NCBI GenBank assembly: GCA_036788295.1
Contig: DAIQNR010000003.1
Span: 74,211 to 138,210, forward strand
DNA length: 64,000 bases
Source: Myxococcota bacterium
Lineage (GTDB): Bacteria; Myxococcota; Kuafuiibacteriia; Kuafuiibacteriales; Kuafuiibacteriaceae
Direction of reading: 5' to 3'
Numbering within the stretch: position 1 is the stretch's first letter; every line of letters begins with the position of its first letter. Under the pieces are notes generated by a model. It did no database searches and had not been told where the DNA came from. It saw nothing but the letters and a program-made list of their open reading frames with translations. Below, in pieces: positions 18,506 to 28,265 of the stretch. The position numbers and the translations under genes are program-made.

Positions 18506-19285
18506 ATGGCGGAGGAAGCGGTTCTGCACATCGAGCACGACGGCGGGGTCACCACCCTGACCATCGACCGGCCCCAGGCCCTGAACGCGATCGACCGGGC
18601 GGTGGTGCGGTCCTTGTCGGCGGCGCTCGACGCTCTGCCGGCGGGGACCCGGTCGGTGATCGTGACCGGCGCCGGGCCCAAGGCGTTCGCCGCCGGGGCC
18701 GACATCAAGGCGATGGCCGATCTGAGCGCCCACGAGGCTCGCATCTTCGCCGACGAGCTGCACGGGGTGGGGCGCCGGATCGAGCGGCTCGAGGTGCCCG
18801 TCTTCGCCGCGGTGAACGGCTTCGCGCTCGGCGGCGGCTGCGAGCTGGTGCTCGCCTGCGACTTCGCCATCGCGGCCGAGAACGCGAAGTTCGGACAGCC
18901 CGAGGTGGGTCTCGGCGTGATCCCCGGCTTCGGGGGGACAACCCGGCTCGGCCGCAGAATCGGCGACGCGATGGCCCGCCAGCTCCTGTTCACCGGAGCG
19001 CTGATCGACGCCCAGGTCGCCCTGCGGGTGGGGCTCGTGACCGAGGTCCACCCCCCCGACTCGCTGATGCCGAGGGCGCGAGAGATCGCGGCCCAGATCG
19101 CGAAGAACGCCCCGCTCGCGGTGGCGCAGGCCAAGAGGAGCGCTCGGATCGCGGAGGAGACCGACCTCGCGACCGCGAACGCGTTCGAGGTGCAGGCCTT
19201 CGCGCTCTGTTTTTCGACCGAGGATCAAAAGGAGGGCATGCGCGCCTTCGTCGAGAAGCGCCCTCCGGCCTGGAAAGGGGCCTGA
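18506..19285 (+). CDS. Enoyl-CoA hydratase/isomerase (crotonase family)
   Basis: MAEEAVLHIEHDGGVTTLTIDRPQALNAI…FAAGADIKAM…AAVNGFALGGGCELVLACDFAIAAENAKFGQPEVGLGVIPGFGGTTRL is a canonical crotonase fold. The upstream 380 codons of the track ORF are Arg-rich junk. Confidence 0.9.
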   Translation: MAEEAVLHIEHDGGVTTLTIDRPQALNAIDRAVVRSLSAALDALPAGTRSVIVTGAGPKAFAAGADIKAMADLSAHEARIFADELHGVGRRIERLEVPVFAAVNGFALGGGCELVLACDFAIAAENAKFGQPEVGLGVIPGFGGTTRLGRRIGDAMARQLLFTGALIDAQVALRVGLVTEVHPPDSLMPRAREIAAQIAKNAPLAVAQAKRSARIAEETDLATANAFEVQAFALCFSTEDQKEGMRAFVEKRPPAWKGA

Positions 19286-19342
19286 GCCGTCGCGGTGCGG
19301 TCCGTCCTTGCCGAGCGGATGGCGGGATCGTAGCCCGGCGTC

Positions 19343-20461
19343 ATGGACCTGGAGCTATCCGCAGCGCAACGCGAGGTGAGGGAGCGGGCCCGGGCGGTGG
19401 CGACGGCGACGGTCGGGCCGCTCGCCGAAGAGCACGACCGGCAGCGGCGCTTCCCTGGGCCCCAGGTCCGGGCCCTGGCCGACGCGGGGCTGCTCGCGGT
19501 CTTGGCGCCGACCGCGGCGGGCGGCGCGGGCGCGGGCGCGGTGGCCTACTCGCTCGCGGTGACCGAGGTCGCTCGAGCCTGCGCTGCGACCGCGGTCACC
19601 ATGGCGGTGACGAACATGGTGGCCGACGCGATCGGCGCCTTCGGTAGCGAAGCGCAGGCCACCGCGCACGTCCCTCGGCTCGCGAGCGCCGAGTACTTGG
19701 CGGGGAGCTTTTGCTTGTCCGAGGCCAGCGCCGGCTCCGACGCGGCCGCCCTGAGCACCACCGCGACGAGGGAGGCGTCCGGCTACCGGCTCGATGGCAA
19801 CAAGCTGTGGATCACGAGCGGGGACGTCGCCGGCATCTATCTCGTGATGGCGAAGACCGACCCCGCGGCCCGGGCCCGAGGCATCTCTACCTTTCTGGTC
19901 CGGCCGGGGACCCCGGGGCTCGTGGTGGGCCGCCACGAGGAGAAGATGGGGCTTCGGGCGTCGAGCACGGTGGCCCTGCATCTCGAGGAGGTGTTCGTCC
20001 CGCAGGACGACCGCCTCGGGCCGGAAGGGGTTGGTTTTTCGGTGGCGATGCGCGCGCTCGACGGAGGCCGGATCGGCATCGGGTCGCAGGCTCTGGGCAT
20101 CGCCGAAGGAGCGCTCGAGGCGGCTCGCCCCTACGTTCGCGGTCGCCCCGGGACCTACGCTCGGTTCGGCGAGCTGTCGGCCCGGTTGGAAGCGGCCCGG
20201 TGGCTCGTCCTTCGGGCGGCGGCGCTGAAAGACGCCGGGTCGAAAGACTTCACCAAGGAGGCTTCCATGGCGAAGCTGTTTTCCACCGAGACCGCAAACC
20301 AGATCTGCAGGGAGGCGGTCGGGTGGGCCGGACCGGAGGCGCTCGTCCCTGGCCACCCGCTCGAGCGGCGCTTTCGCGACGTGAGGGTGACGACGATCTA
20401 CGAAGGCACGAGTGAGATCCAGCGCTTGGTGATCGCCCGCAAGCTGCTGACCGTTTCTTGA
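19343..20461 (+). CDS. Acyl-CoA dehydrogenase (short/medium-chain type)
   Basis: Full-length 372-aa ACAD with CLSEASAGSDAAAL, …YEGTSEIQRLVIARKLL. It lies 58 nt downstream of the hydratase gene on the same strand. Confidence 0.9.
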   Translation: MDLELSAAQREVRERARAVATATVGPLAEEHDRQRRFPGPQVRALADAGLLAVLAPTAAGGAGAGAVAYSLAVTEVARACAATAVTMAVTNMVADAIGAFGSEAQATAHVPRLASAEYLAGSFCLSEASAGSDAAALSTTATREASGYRLDGNKLWITSGDVAGIYLVMAKTDPAARARGISTFLVRPGTPGLVVGRHEEKMGLRASSTVALHLEEVFVPQDDRLGPEGVGFSVAMRALDGGRIGIGSQALGIAEGALEAARPYVRGRPGTYARFGELSARLEAARWLVLRAAALKDAGSKDFTKEASMAKLFSTETANQICREAVGWAGPEALVPGHPLERRFRDVRVTTIYEGTSEIQRLVIARKLLTVS

Positions 20462-20576
20462 AGCCTCGTCGGGGCCCTCGGCAGCTCGGCTCGGCGAAGG
20501 GGGTGCGCGACGTCGAGCGGCCACGAGGAAGTTTCGTCGGCGACCCGGTGGGGCGTGGTTGCGTCTTCAGCGAGAG

Positions 20577-21602
20577 ATGGCGGACAAGCAAACGATGCGA
20601 CTCTCGGTCGGGGTGGTGGGGTCGGGCGCGTGGGGGACGGCCCTCGGTCACTTGCTCGCCGAGCAGGGAGCGGACGTGCTCGCTTGGGCGTACGAGCCCG
20701 AGGTCGTGCTCGAGATCGAGCAGGAGCATGAGAACAAGACCTTTCTCCCCGGGGTGCGACTGCCCGACCACTACCGGGCCACCGGCGATCTCGAGGCCGC
20801 GGTTTGGGACAAGGACCTGGTCCTCGTGGTCGTCCCTTCCCACGTGCTGAGGCGGGTCATCGGGGACGCGGCGCCGTTTTTCGGGGAGGCGCCGATCGTG
20901 TGCGCGACGAAGGGCATCGAGGAGGGCAGCCTGCTCACGATGAGCGAGGTGCTCGAAGAGGTGCTCCCGCCGAGCATCCACCCTCGGCTCGCGTTCCTGT
21001 CCGGCCCGAGCTTCGCGAAGGAGGTGGCCCGCCGGGACCCGACCGCGGTGAGCATCGCGGCCAAGGACGGCGGGCTCGCCGAGCATCTGCGCGAGGTCTT
21101 GGCCGCGCCCCACTTTCGCACCTACTCCACCACCGACGTGGTCGGGGTGGAGCTCGGCGGCGCTCTCAAGAACGTCATGGCCATCGCCGCTGGCGCCTGC
21201 GATGGCCTCGGGCTCGGCTTCAACACCGTCGCCGCGCTCGTGACCCGGGGTCTGGCCGAGATGAACCGCCTCGCGGTGCACCGCGGGGCCCACCCGCTCA
21301 CCCTGGCCGGGTTGTCCGGAATGGGGGACTTGGTTCTCACCTGCATGGGCGGGCTCAGCCGAAATCGCACCGTCGGGCAGAGACTCGGCCGGGGCGAAAG
21401 CCTCGAGACCATCACCGGTGACATGCGCCAGGTGGCGGAAGGCGTTCGCACCGCGCGCTCTGCCCACCAGCTCGCCGCTCGGGAGGCGGTGGACATGCCG
21501 ATCACCGCTCAGGTCTACGCCATGCTCTACGAGGGGGTTCCGCCCGCCTCGGCGGTGCGCTCGCTCATGTCGCGGGCGCTCAAGGACGAGCTCGCGCCCT
21601 GA
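20577..21602 (+). CDS. gpsA: NAD(P)H-dependent glycerol-3-phosphate dehydrogenase
   Basis: RLSVGVVGSGAWGTALGHLLAEQG (Rossmann), …LSGPSFAKEV…, GALKNVMAIAAG…. The start is either ATG 20577 (weak GAGAG SD) or ATG 20595 (MRLSVGVVG, closer to the canonical N-terminus). Confidence 0.9.
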   Translation: MADKQTMRLSVGVVGSGAWGTALGHLLAEQGADVLAWAYEPEVVLEIEQEHENKTFLPGVRLPDHYRATGDLEAAVWDKDLVLVVVPSHVLRRVIGDAAPFFGEAPIVCATKGIEEGSLLTMSEVLEEVLPPSIHPRLAFLSGPSFAKEVARRDPTAVSIAAKDGGLAEHLREVLAAPHFRTYSTTDVVGVELGGALKNVMAIAAGACDGLGLGFNTVAALVTRGLAEMNRLAVHRGAHPLTLAGLSGMGDLVLTCMGGLSRNRTVGQRLGRGESLETITGDMRQVAEGVRTARSAHQLAAREAVDMPITAQVYAMLYEGVPPASAVRSLMSRALKDELAP

Positions 21603-21628
21603 GACGGAGCCTTGCTCCTTTTCGAGGG

Positions 21629-22990
21629 ATGGCGCACGCTCCGCGGGTGCACGACCCAGGCCTCGGGGATCTCGAGCTGCTGTCGGTCGTGGAGGCCGAC
21701 GGCCCGTTCGACCTTCGTCGGGCGCGCCCGGCCGCCGGCCTCGGTCTGCCCGACCGGGTCCTCGCTCGCCGGCCCTCCCGGGATCGGACCGACCGCGCGG
21801 CCCTTGCGACCCGCTTGACCCAGGCGTCCACGACCTCCGACTTCGTATCCCATCATCTGGTGCTTCAGACCCACGGCGTGCTGGAGACGCGGGAAGACAC
21901 GTGGCAGCTGTTCGAAGACTTCGACGGGGTAGCGCTCGACCGGACCCGAAAGTGGACGCTCCCGGTGCCGGCCGCGGTGTGGTTGGCGCGGACGCTGCTC
22001 GAAGCGCTGGCCCACGCCCACGGGCTCGGGGTGCTGCACCGGGCCATCGGTCCGTCGGCGGTGTGGGTGGGTCGAAGCGGCGACGTTCGCTTGGACTTCG
22101 GGCTGTGCACCCGGGTCGAGGACGTCGAGCACCAGCTGACCGCGCAGCTCGATGTGCGTTTCTCGAACCCGGAGTGGGTGGCCCGTGGGGTCGAAGGGCC
22201 CCAGCTCGACGCCTACGCGGTCACGGCCTTGCTCTGGATGTTCCTGACCGGCCGCCCGTTTCGCACGTCGGTGGCGCCGTTTGCCTACCGTCCGGCGTCG
22301 CGGATTCGGCCCGAGATCCCTCCGGAGCTCGACCAGGTGCTCGAAGCTGGGCTCGACCTCGGGTCGGGCAGCTACCCGAGCGCCGAAGCGCTCGCCGACC
22401 GGCTCGACTGGGTGTTCTTTCGCTCGCTTCGCGGAGACGACGAGCGGCACGGGCGCGCCGTGCTCGCGGAGCAGGTCGCCGAGCGCCTCCCGGAGCGATC
22501 GCGAATCCAGGACGTGCGCAGCGGGGAGAGCGTTTGCGGGGTCTACACCCTGGTCATGAGCGAGCTGAATGGCCCGGTGTCCCCCGGAGAGCTCGAGCCT
22601 CCGGAGGGGGAGCCCGAGACGCCGCCCGAGGGCCAGTGCTTGTTCGAAGGGCCGACCGTGCACGCGGAGGCGCCGTTCGCCGCCGAGCCGGAGAAGGACC
22701 TTGGGGAGGGGGAGGGCACCGAGAACCCCTCTGCGCCCACCCCTCCGCTGTTCCCTCCGCTCCGCGGCGCGCCCCCGCCGGCTCCCCTCCGCCGGGCGCC
22801 TCCGCCGGCCCCCAGAGAGCCCCCGCCCGAGCCGAACCCGGTCGGAATGACCCTGGTGTCGATGCCGTCGAAGCCCTCCTTCCCGGCGCCGCCCCCCGAA
22901 GCCAGGCCGGTGTGGGTCCCTCGCTCGGTGGGTTTTGTTTGTGGATTCGGCGCGGCGCTCGCTCTGATGTGGCGAGCTGGGTTACTGTAG
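21629..22990 (+). CDS. Protein-kinase-like pseudokinase with Pro-rich C-terminal region and C-terminal membrane anchor
   Basis: A kinase-fold remnant: GVLHRAIGPSAVWV stands in place of the HRDxKxxN catalytic loop with Asp replaced by Ala, followed by VRLDFGLC (DFG retained). There is no Gly-rich loop or VAIK lysine. The C-terminus is PPLFPPLRGAPPPAPLRRAPPPAPREPPPEP…, ending in a hydrophobic tail FVCGFGAALALMW. Confidence 0.6.
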   Translation: MAHAPRVHDPGLGDLELLSVVEADGPFDLRRARPAAGLGLPDRVLARRPSRDRTDRAALATRLTQASTTSDFVSHHLVLQTHGVLETREDTWQLFEDFDGVALDRTRKWTLPVPAAVWLARTLLEALAHAHGLGVLHRAIGPSAVWVGRSGDVRLDFGLCTRVEDVEHQLTAQLDVRFSNPEWVARGVEGPQLDAYAVTALLWMFLTGRPFRTSVAPFAYRPASRIRPEIPPELDQVLEAGLDLGSGSYPSAEALADRLDWVFFRSLRGDDERHGRAVLAEQVAERLPERSRIQDVRSGESVCGVYTLVMSELNGPVSPGELEPPEGEPETPPEGQCLFEGPTVHAEAPFAAEPEKDLGEGEGTENPSAPTPPLFPPLRGAPPPAPLRRAPPPAPREPPPEPNPVGMTLVSMPSKPSFPAPPPEARPVWVPRSVGFVCGFGAALALMWRAGLL

Positions 22991-23008
22991 CCCAATGACG
23001 GTATCGCG

Positions 23009-23986
23009 ATGAGAATGCAGCTGGCCCCAGGGGCCAACCTTGGCCCGTGGAGACTCGAGCGCCGGGTCGCCGTAGGCGGCATGGCGGAGGTCTGGGCGGC
23101 CACGGACCCGGTCCGGGGGCAGGTCGCGCTCAAGCTGACCCAAGTCGGCCCGCCGAGGGACGACGCCGAGCTGAACGCCTTTCACGACGAGCTTCGAATC
23201 TCGCGGCGCCTTCGCCACGACAACATCGTCCGGGTGTTCGAGGGCGAAGAACGGGACGGCTACCTCGTCCAGGTCATGGAGCTGCTCGACGGAATGGACC
23301 TCCGGCGGCTGCTCGGGCGCCTCAAGAAGACCCAGGGTCTGATGCCCCCCGAGCATGTCGCCTTCATCGGGCGCTCGATGGCGCGCGCGCTCGGCTACGC
23401 CCACTGGAAAGCGGGCTCCCGAGGCCAGCCCCTCGGCATCGTGCACCGCGACGTGTCCCCCCACAACGTGATGCTGCTGCGCGATGGTCGGGTGAAGGTG
23501 CTCGATTTCGGGATCGCGTGGGCGACCGAGCGGGCGACCCGGACGGTGACCGGAGTGGTCAAGGGCAAGACCAGCTACATGGCCCCCGAGCAGACCACCG
23601 GCAACATGCCCCTGACCGCGGCGACCGACATCTTCGCCACTGGCGTGGTGTTGTGGGAGTGCTTGACCGGAGAGCGATTGTTCAAGGCGAGCACCGAGGT
23701 GGAGACCATGCGCCGGGTGTTCGAATGCCGGGTGCCGCCCGTGGTCGAGCGGCGCCCCGACGTCCCCCCACCGCTCGCCGAGATCGTGCATCTCATGCTG
23801 GAGCCGAGGCCCAAGGACCGCCCCGACTCGATGCTCTTGGTGGAGCGCGCGCTTCAGAGCTTTCTGGTGCGAACCTATGAGCCAGAGCAGGTCGGAGCGG
23901 GCGCGTTCGCGAAGTGGATGGCGACCGAGGTCCCGCACCAGAGGCCAAAGCAGACCAGTGTGCTGGCCGCCCTGAACAACTCCTGA
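23009..23986 (+). CDS. Serine/threonine protein kinase
   Basis: VAVGGMAEVW (P-loop), VALKL, IVHRDVSPHNVML (catalytic loop), VLDFGIA, SYMAPEQ. It lies 19 nt downstream of the pseudokinase. Confidence 0.85.
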   Translation: MRMQLAPGANLGPWRLERRVAVGGMAEVWAATDPVRGQVALKLTQVGPPRDDAELNAFHDELRISRRLRHDNIVRVFEGEERDGYLVQVMELLDGMDLRRLLGRLKKTQGLMPPEHVAFIGRSMARALGYAHWKAGSRGQPLGIVHRDVSPHNVMLLRDGRVKVLDFGIAWATERATRTVTGVVKGKTSYMAPEQTTGNMPLTAATDIFATGVVLWECLTGERLFKASTEVETMRRVFECRVPPVVERRPDVPPPLAEIVHLMLEPRPKDRPDSMLLVERALQSFLVRTYEPEQVGAGAFAKWMATEVPHQRPKQTSVLAALNNS

Positions 23987-24093
23987 GCCGCCGCGGTTCT
24001 CTTCCCGCCGGCGCCGACGCGAAGAAACCCGCAGATTTCCCGCAGGGTGCGGTCTCGTCTCGTCGAGGCCGGCCGAACTGCTAGCTGCAGGCC

Positions 24094-24843
24094 ATGAAAC
24101 ACGCCATGCAACACGCGGTGGTGCAGGGGGCCAGCCGGGGCATCGGTCTCGGCCTGGTGCAGGGGCTGCTCGGGCGGCAGGTCGAGGTGGTCCACGCCAC
24201 CTGCCGAGACCCCGATTCGGCCTCGGAGCTGCGAGCGCTGGCCGGCCCGGACCGGCTCTTCGTTCACCGGCTCGACGTGACCGACGAGCCCACGATCGAA
24301 GCGGCGGCGGCGGCGATCCGGGCCCGGTCCCCAGAGCTCGACCTGGTCTTCAACGCCTCGGGGGTGCTCCACGGCGAGGGGCTTCAGCCGGAGCGGCGGC
24401 TGGAAGAGCTCGACCCGGGCCGACTCGGCCAGATCTTTCTCATCAACGCGATCGGGCCGCTGCTCGTCGTGAAGCACCTCCTGCCCGCGATCAGCCACGG
24501 GCGCCGGGCGGTCGTCGCCTCGCTGTCGGCCCGGGTGGGCAGCATCGGGGACAATCGCCTCGGCGGCTGGTACGGGTACCGGGCCTCGAAGGCCGCCTTG
24601 AACCAGCTGCACCGCAGCCTCGCGGTGGAGCTGTCACGGCGCGCGAAGCACGCCATCGCCGTCACCCTTCACCCGGGCACGGTCGCGACCCGGCTCACCG
24701 AGCCGTTTCGCCGCTCGGTCAAGGACGGCGCCCTCTTGACGGTCGAAGAAGCGTCGGAGCGCTTGCTCGTCCTCATCGAGGGGCTGAGCCCCGAGGACCA
24801 TGGGCGCTTCTACGACGGCACGAAGTCACCGATCGAGTGGTGA
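24094..24843 (+). CDS. SDR-family oxidoreductase
   Basis: VVQGASRGIGLGL (TGxxxGxG), NASGVL, and the YGYRASKAALN catalytic YxxxK. Confidence 0.85.
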   Translation: MKHAMQHAVVQGASRGIGLGLVQGLLGRQVEVVHATCRDPDSASELRALAGPDRLFVHRLDVTDEPTIEAAAAAIRARSPELDLVFNASGVLHGEGLQPERRLEELDPGRLGQIFLINAIGPLLVVKHLLPAISHGRRAVVASLSARVGSIGDNRLGGWYGYRASKAALNQLHRSLAVELSRRAKHAIAVTLHPGTVATRLTEPFRRSVKDGALLTVEEASERLLVLIEGLSPEDHGRFYDGTKSPIEW

Positions 24844-27408
24844 GCGGCGCCGGCGGGCAAGACCGAACCACGCGAGAAGGAGCAGCGCCACCGGGGCGGG
24901 CGCAGCCGAGCCGCAGTGCTCCGCCGGGGGCGCAGCCGCTGCCGCCGCCTCCACCGCCGCCGCCGACCATCGAAGCGGCTCGCTCCGGTTGCCCGATCCG
25001 TCCACCCCGATGAGCGTGACGCTCCGGCCAAGAAGGTCGGCGTACGGCAACACCGCCCTCGCCGCGTCGTGGCTCCAGGGCCGAAGCTCCACCGCCTCCA
25101 TCGGCCCGTCCCCGACCGCTCGCTCGAGCCGGAGGGCTCGCACGTCCTCGGTCTCTTGGTCCTGCACCGTCACCTCGAGGCCGCTGGGCCCGGGAACGGC
25201 CCGAACCTGGGGCGGGATGGGGTCCACCACCACCTCGAGCACGACCGGGCGTGGGTCGAGGGTCTCGTAGGCCCCGCGGGCCCGCGCCCGCACCTCGACC
25301 GCGTGGCGCCCGGGCACGATCAGGGCGGGCAGGCCCACTTGCAGGCGGCCATCGGAGGGGGCGGCGACAAAAGCGGTCCACAGGCCGGCCCCCGCTCGGA
25401 CTTGGTACTCGAGCCCATCGGCGGCGTCGGTGGGCAGGCCTTCCCCCAGCACGAGGCTCAGCGCGCCGGTGGGTCGGGGGCGGCCGTCCCGCTCCGCGAG
25501 GACCCCCGGCGCCTCGTCGAGGCGAGCGACGGTGCGGACTGGCCACTTCGCCGCGCTCGTCCCCGAGGAGGTGAAGGTCAACGAGAGGGTGAGGAAGTCC
25601 TGCCTCGCGCCGTCTCGGAAGATGTCGTTCACGCGAAGACCCACCGGCACCCCGAGCGCGCCGGAGACCGCGTTCGATAGATCGAGGTCGAAGGTCAGGG
25701 GCTGGCCGAGCAGCGCGCCGAGGGCCAAATCGAGCAGCGCGGGGAGGATCTCGGCGAAGTTCGCGTTCGGGAGCAGCTCGTTGAACGTCTCCTCGAAGCC
25801 GTCGATCCGCAGCTCGCCGAGGCCGGCTTCGAGGCGGTTGTCCGGCAGGACGGTGAGGTCGAGCCCCACGAAGACGTCGGCCTCCACCTCGAACGCTCGG
25901 ACATAGCGATTCTCCACCAGAACATGGAAGGCCACGCCCAGGTCGTCCAGGGACAGCTGCAGCAGCCAGTCCCGGATCGGGTTGCCCATCCGGTCGGTGC
26001 CGGTCTCGGCTCCGCTGCCGAATCGGAGCTGCGCCGGCCGACGGGGCTTGAGCTCCAGGATCACCGGCGCGGCATCGGCGGCGATCGTCGCGAGGTCCGA
26101 CGCGAGCAGCGACAACAGGGAGGCGTTCAGCGCGAACCCGCCGCCGGTCAGCGCTCGCACGTCGTCGCTGCCGAGCTTCAGGCACAGAGACCCGGATCGG
26201 TGCAGCGCGTGGAGGATCTGGTTCATGTACGCAGCCGAGAAGGTGCCGGCGATGTGGTAGGGCCGACCCTGGCTGTCGAGCCCGGCCAGCTCCGGCGCCG
26301 GTCCCACATCGGGGACGAAGTCGGGGAGGTCGCGGGCGCAGTCGGCGAGCCGACCTTCAGCGCCGCCGTCGATCCGGATGTCCATGCCCAGGTCCGGACG
26401 GGCCTCGACCGCGAAGCGACCGGGACGGGCCCCCACCAGCAGCCCGACCGGGAGGCCGCGCAGGAAATCGAGGCCGCTGAGCTCCCTCAGCGACACCTCG
26501 CCCTCGAACCGGGCCGGCTGCCCATTGAGCGCGTCGAGCGTGTCCCCGAGCAGACCCTGGATCACCGGCTCGAGGGCCCCCGAGATGGCGGGGCGCAGCA
26601 GGCCGATGAGCCCGTTGATGAGACCGACGGCGGTGGAGGTGATCCCGCCGCATGCGATGTGGCACTCCACGCAGCGCCCGCCCGGGTCGAGGCACACTCC
26701 GAACACCTCCAAGGCGCAGTCCGTGCACTCCGGCTCCGCGCAGTACGAGCTCGAGCCGAGCACCCGGAGGGCGAGCCCGTCGATGCGCAGCTGGCCGAGC
26801 TGCACCTGCACGTCGAGCAGCTGGTCCGGCCGCGGACCGACGCCGGGATCGATGACCGCTTCCACCGTGATCTGGGCGGCGTGGCGGACCGGGCCCGGAC
26901 CTAGGTTGCCGGTGATCGGGCACGAGAAGTCGCCCTGCACGATGTCGCCCTGCAGCCGCGCGTCGAGCCCCAAACGGAGGTTGGACAGGACCAGGCGGAC
27001 CTGGTTCGGTGCCTCGAACCGCAAGTCCACTTGCCGATCGAGGTCGTCGAGCCAGATGAGCGCCTCGGCCCGGCGGACCGTCGCTTCGGCGATTCCGATG
27101 TCGAACAGCTGCGCACTGGGAAGGGGGATGTGCAGGATGTCCTGCGCGTCTACGTACGGGCCCCCGGGGGCGCTGGGGCCAGCGAGACCAGCGCGAAGCA
27201 CCTCGGGGATCCGGGGCCGGACGAAGTCGAGGAAATCTTGGGTGACGCGGACGCGGGCCACGTCCTCTTGAACGACCGCGTCCGAGCGCCCAACCGGGAA
27301 CCGGTAGCCGGTCTCGGCGCAGCCGCCGCAGGTCGTCCCTCCGCCGCAACCGGCGAACACCAGCCCGGCCATGGCCACCGTCCGCACCGACCGCCTCCAA
27401 ACCCCCAT
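24826..27408 (-). CDS. Large secreted lipoprotein with C-terminal MYXO-CTERM-type sorting tail
   Basis: The N-terminus MGVWRRSVRTVAMAGLVFAGCGGG is a signal peptide with a lipobox. The C-terminus …AEHCGSAAPAPVALLLLAWFGLARRRRSPLDR has a Cys motif, hydrophobic stretch and Arg cluster. The product is 860 aa with strong GC3 bias. Confidence 0.7.
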   Translation of the reverse strand: MGVWRRSVRTVAMAGLVFAGCGGGTTCGGCAETGYRFPVGRSDAVVQEDVARVRVTQDFLDFVRPRIPEVLRAGLAGPSAPGGPYVDAQDILHIPLPSAQLFDIGIAEATVRRAEALIWLDDLDRQVDLRFEAPNQVRLVLSNLRLGLDARLQGDIVQGDFSCPITGNLGPGPVRHAAQITVEAVIDPGVGPRPDQLLDVQVQLGQLRIDGLALRVLGSSSYCAEPECTDCALEVFGVCLDPGGRCVECHIACGGITSTAVGLINGLIGLLRPAISGALEPVIQGLLGDTLDALNGQPARFEGEVSLRELSGLDFLRGLPVGLLVGARPGRFAVEARPDLGMDIRIDGGAEGRLADCARDLPDFVPDVGPAPELAGLDSQGRPYHIAGTFSAAYMNQILHALHRSGSLCLKLGSDDVRALTGGGFALNASLLSLLASDLATIAADAAPVILELKPRRPAQLRFGSGAETGTDRMGNPIRDWLLQLSLDDLGVAFHVLVENRYVRAFEVEADVFVGLDLTVLPDNRLEAGLGELRIDGFEETFNELLPNANFAEILPALLDLALGALLGQPLTFDLDLSNAVSGALGVPVGLRVNDIFRDGARQDFLTLSLTFTSSGTSAAKWPVRTVARLDEAPGVLAERDGRPRPTGALSLVLGEGLPTDAADGLEYQVRAGAGLWTAFVAAPSDGRLQVGLPALIVPGRHAVEVRARARGAYETLDPRPVVLEVVVDPIPPQVRAVPGPSGLEVTVQDQETEDVRALRLERAVGDGPMEAVELRPWSHDAARAVLPYADLLGRSVTLIGVDGSGNRSEPLRWSAAAVEAAAAAAPPAEHCGSAAPAPVALLLLAWFGLARRRRSPLDR

Positions 27409-27507
27409 ACCGCGGGCAAGCTACGGTGGCGTTGCGGCGTTGGTCAAAGGACCGAATGACGGAGCCCGGCGCTTGTCCGGCCGCGTTGCCGGTGCTCGGA
27501 TGCGCCC

Positions 27508-28203
27508 GTGGCCGGGGCCGACGATCCGATGAACCCCGAGGCGTGGTTCGGCGAGCCAGGGGTATGCGGCAGCTGCGTGGCCTGGCGGCCGGTGGAGTCC
27601 ACCGCCAGCGACGCGGTCGCGATCGGGCTGTGCCGACTGCGCCCCGAGCTTCGCCGGGTCCCTGGGGACCTCGCGAAGTGTCCGAAGTATCGGCAGCGGG
27701 GGGTGACCCGGCCGGAGCCAGGGCGGCGAGCGACGCGGACCGCCAAGCCCCGGTCCTCCGTGCCCGTCGTCTCGGTCGGTCCAGGGGCGTTCGAGCCGAG
27801 GCCGGAGCCGTCGTTTCGCCCGTGGCCCACTGAACCGGCGCCTCCTTCCGTGGAACTCGACGGCGGCACGGCGCCCCTGGTGGCGAGCGCGCTGCGCGAC
27901 CTGTTCGACGACGAGATCCCGGGGCGTCGGCGGGACATGCACTCGAAGTACCGCCAAGGGGGAAAGGTGACCGTGGTCGATGGCGCCGGGGTGGCCCGCT
28001 CCGTGCCCGCTCACCAAGTGTTTGCGTGGTTTTCGCGGCTGGCCCGCTCCTTCGATGCCCTCGAGGAGGCGGTGGACACCCACCCGTCGATCGGAGCCGA
28101 GGCGCTCGACATGGTGGAGCAGGTGCGGCGGATGCGGGGGAGCTTCACGACCTTCAACGTCCTGTTCGCCGACCGGGAAGACTACTTCACCGGCAAAGAA
28201 TAG
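27508..28203 (+). CDS. Hypothetical protein with Cys-rich N-terminus
   Basis: MNPEAWFGEPGVCGSCVAWRP…GLCRLRPELRRVPGDLAKCPKYRQRG is a possible zinc-ribbon. Codon usage is good. The alternative start is ATG 27529. Confidence 0.45.
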   Translation: MAGADDPMNPEAWFGEPGVCGSCVAWRPVESTASDAVAIGLCRLRPELRRVPGDLAKCPKYRQRGVTRPEPGRRATRTAKPRSSVPVVSVGPGAFEPRPEPSFRPWPTEPAPPSVELDGGTAPLVASALRDLFDDEIPGRRRDMHSKYRQGGKVTVVDGAGVARSVPAHQVFAWFSRLARSFDALEEAVDTHPSIGAEALDMVEQVRRMRGSFTTFNVLFADREDYFTGKE

Positions 28204-28265
28204 CGTTCGAGGGGGACTTCTGGACGACAGCGGAACCAGCGTACGCTCCCCCCGTGCAGCGGTGG

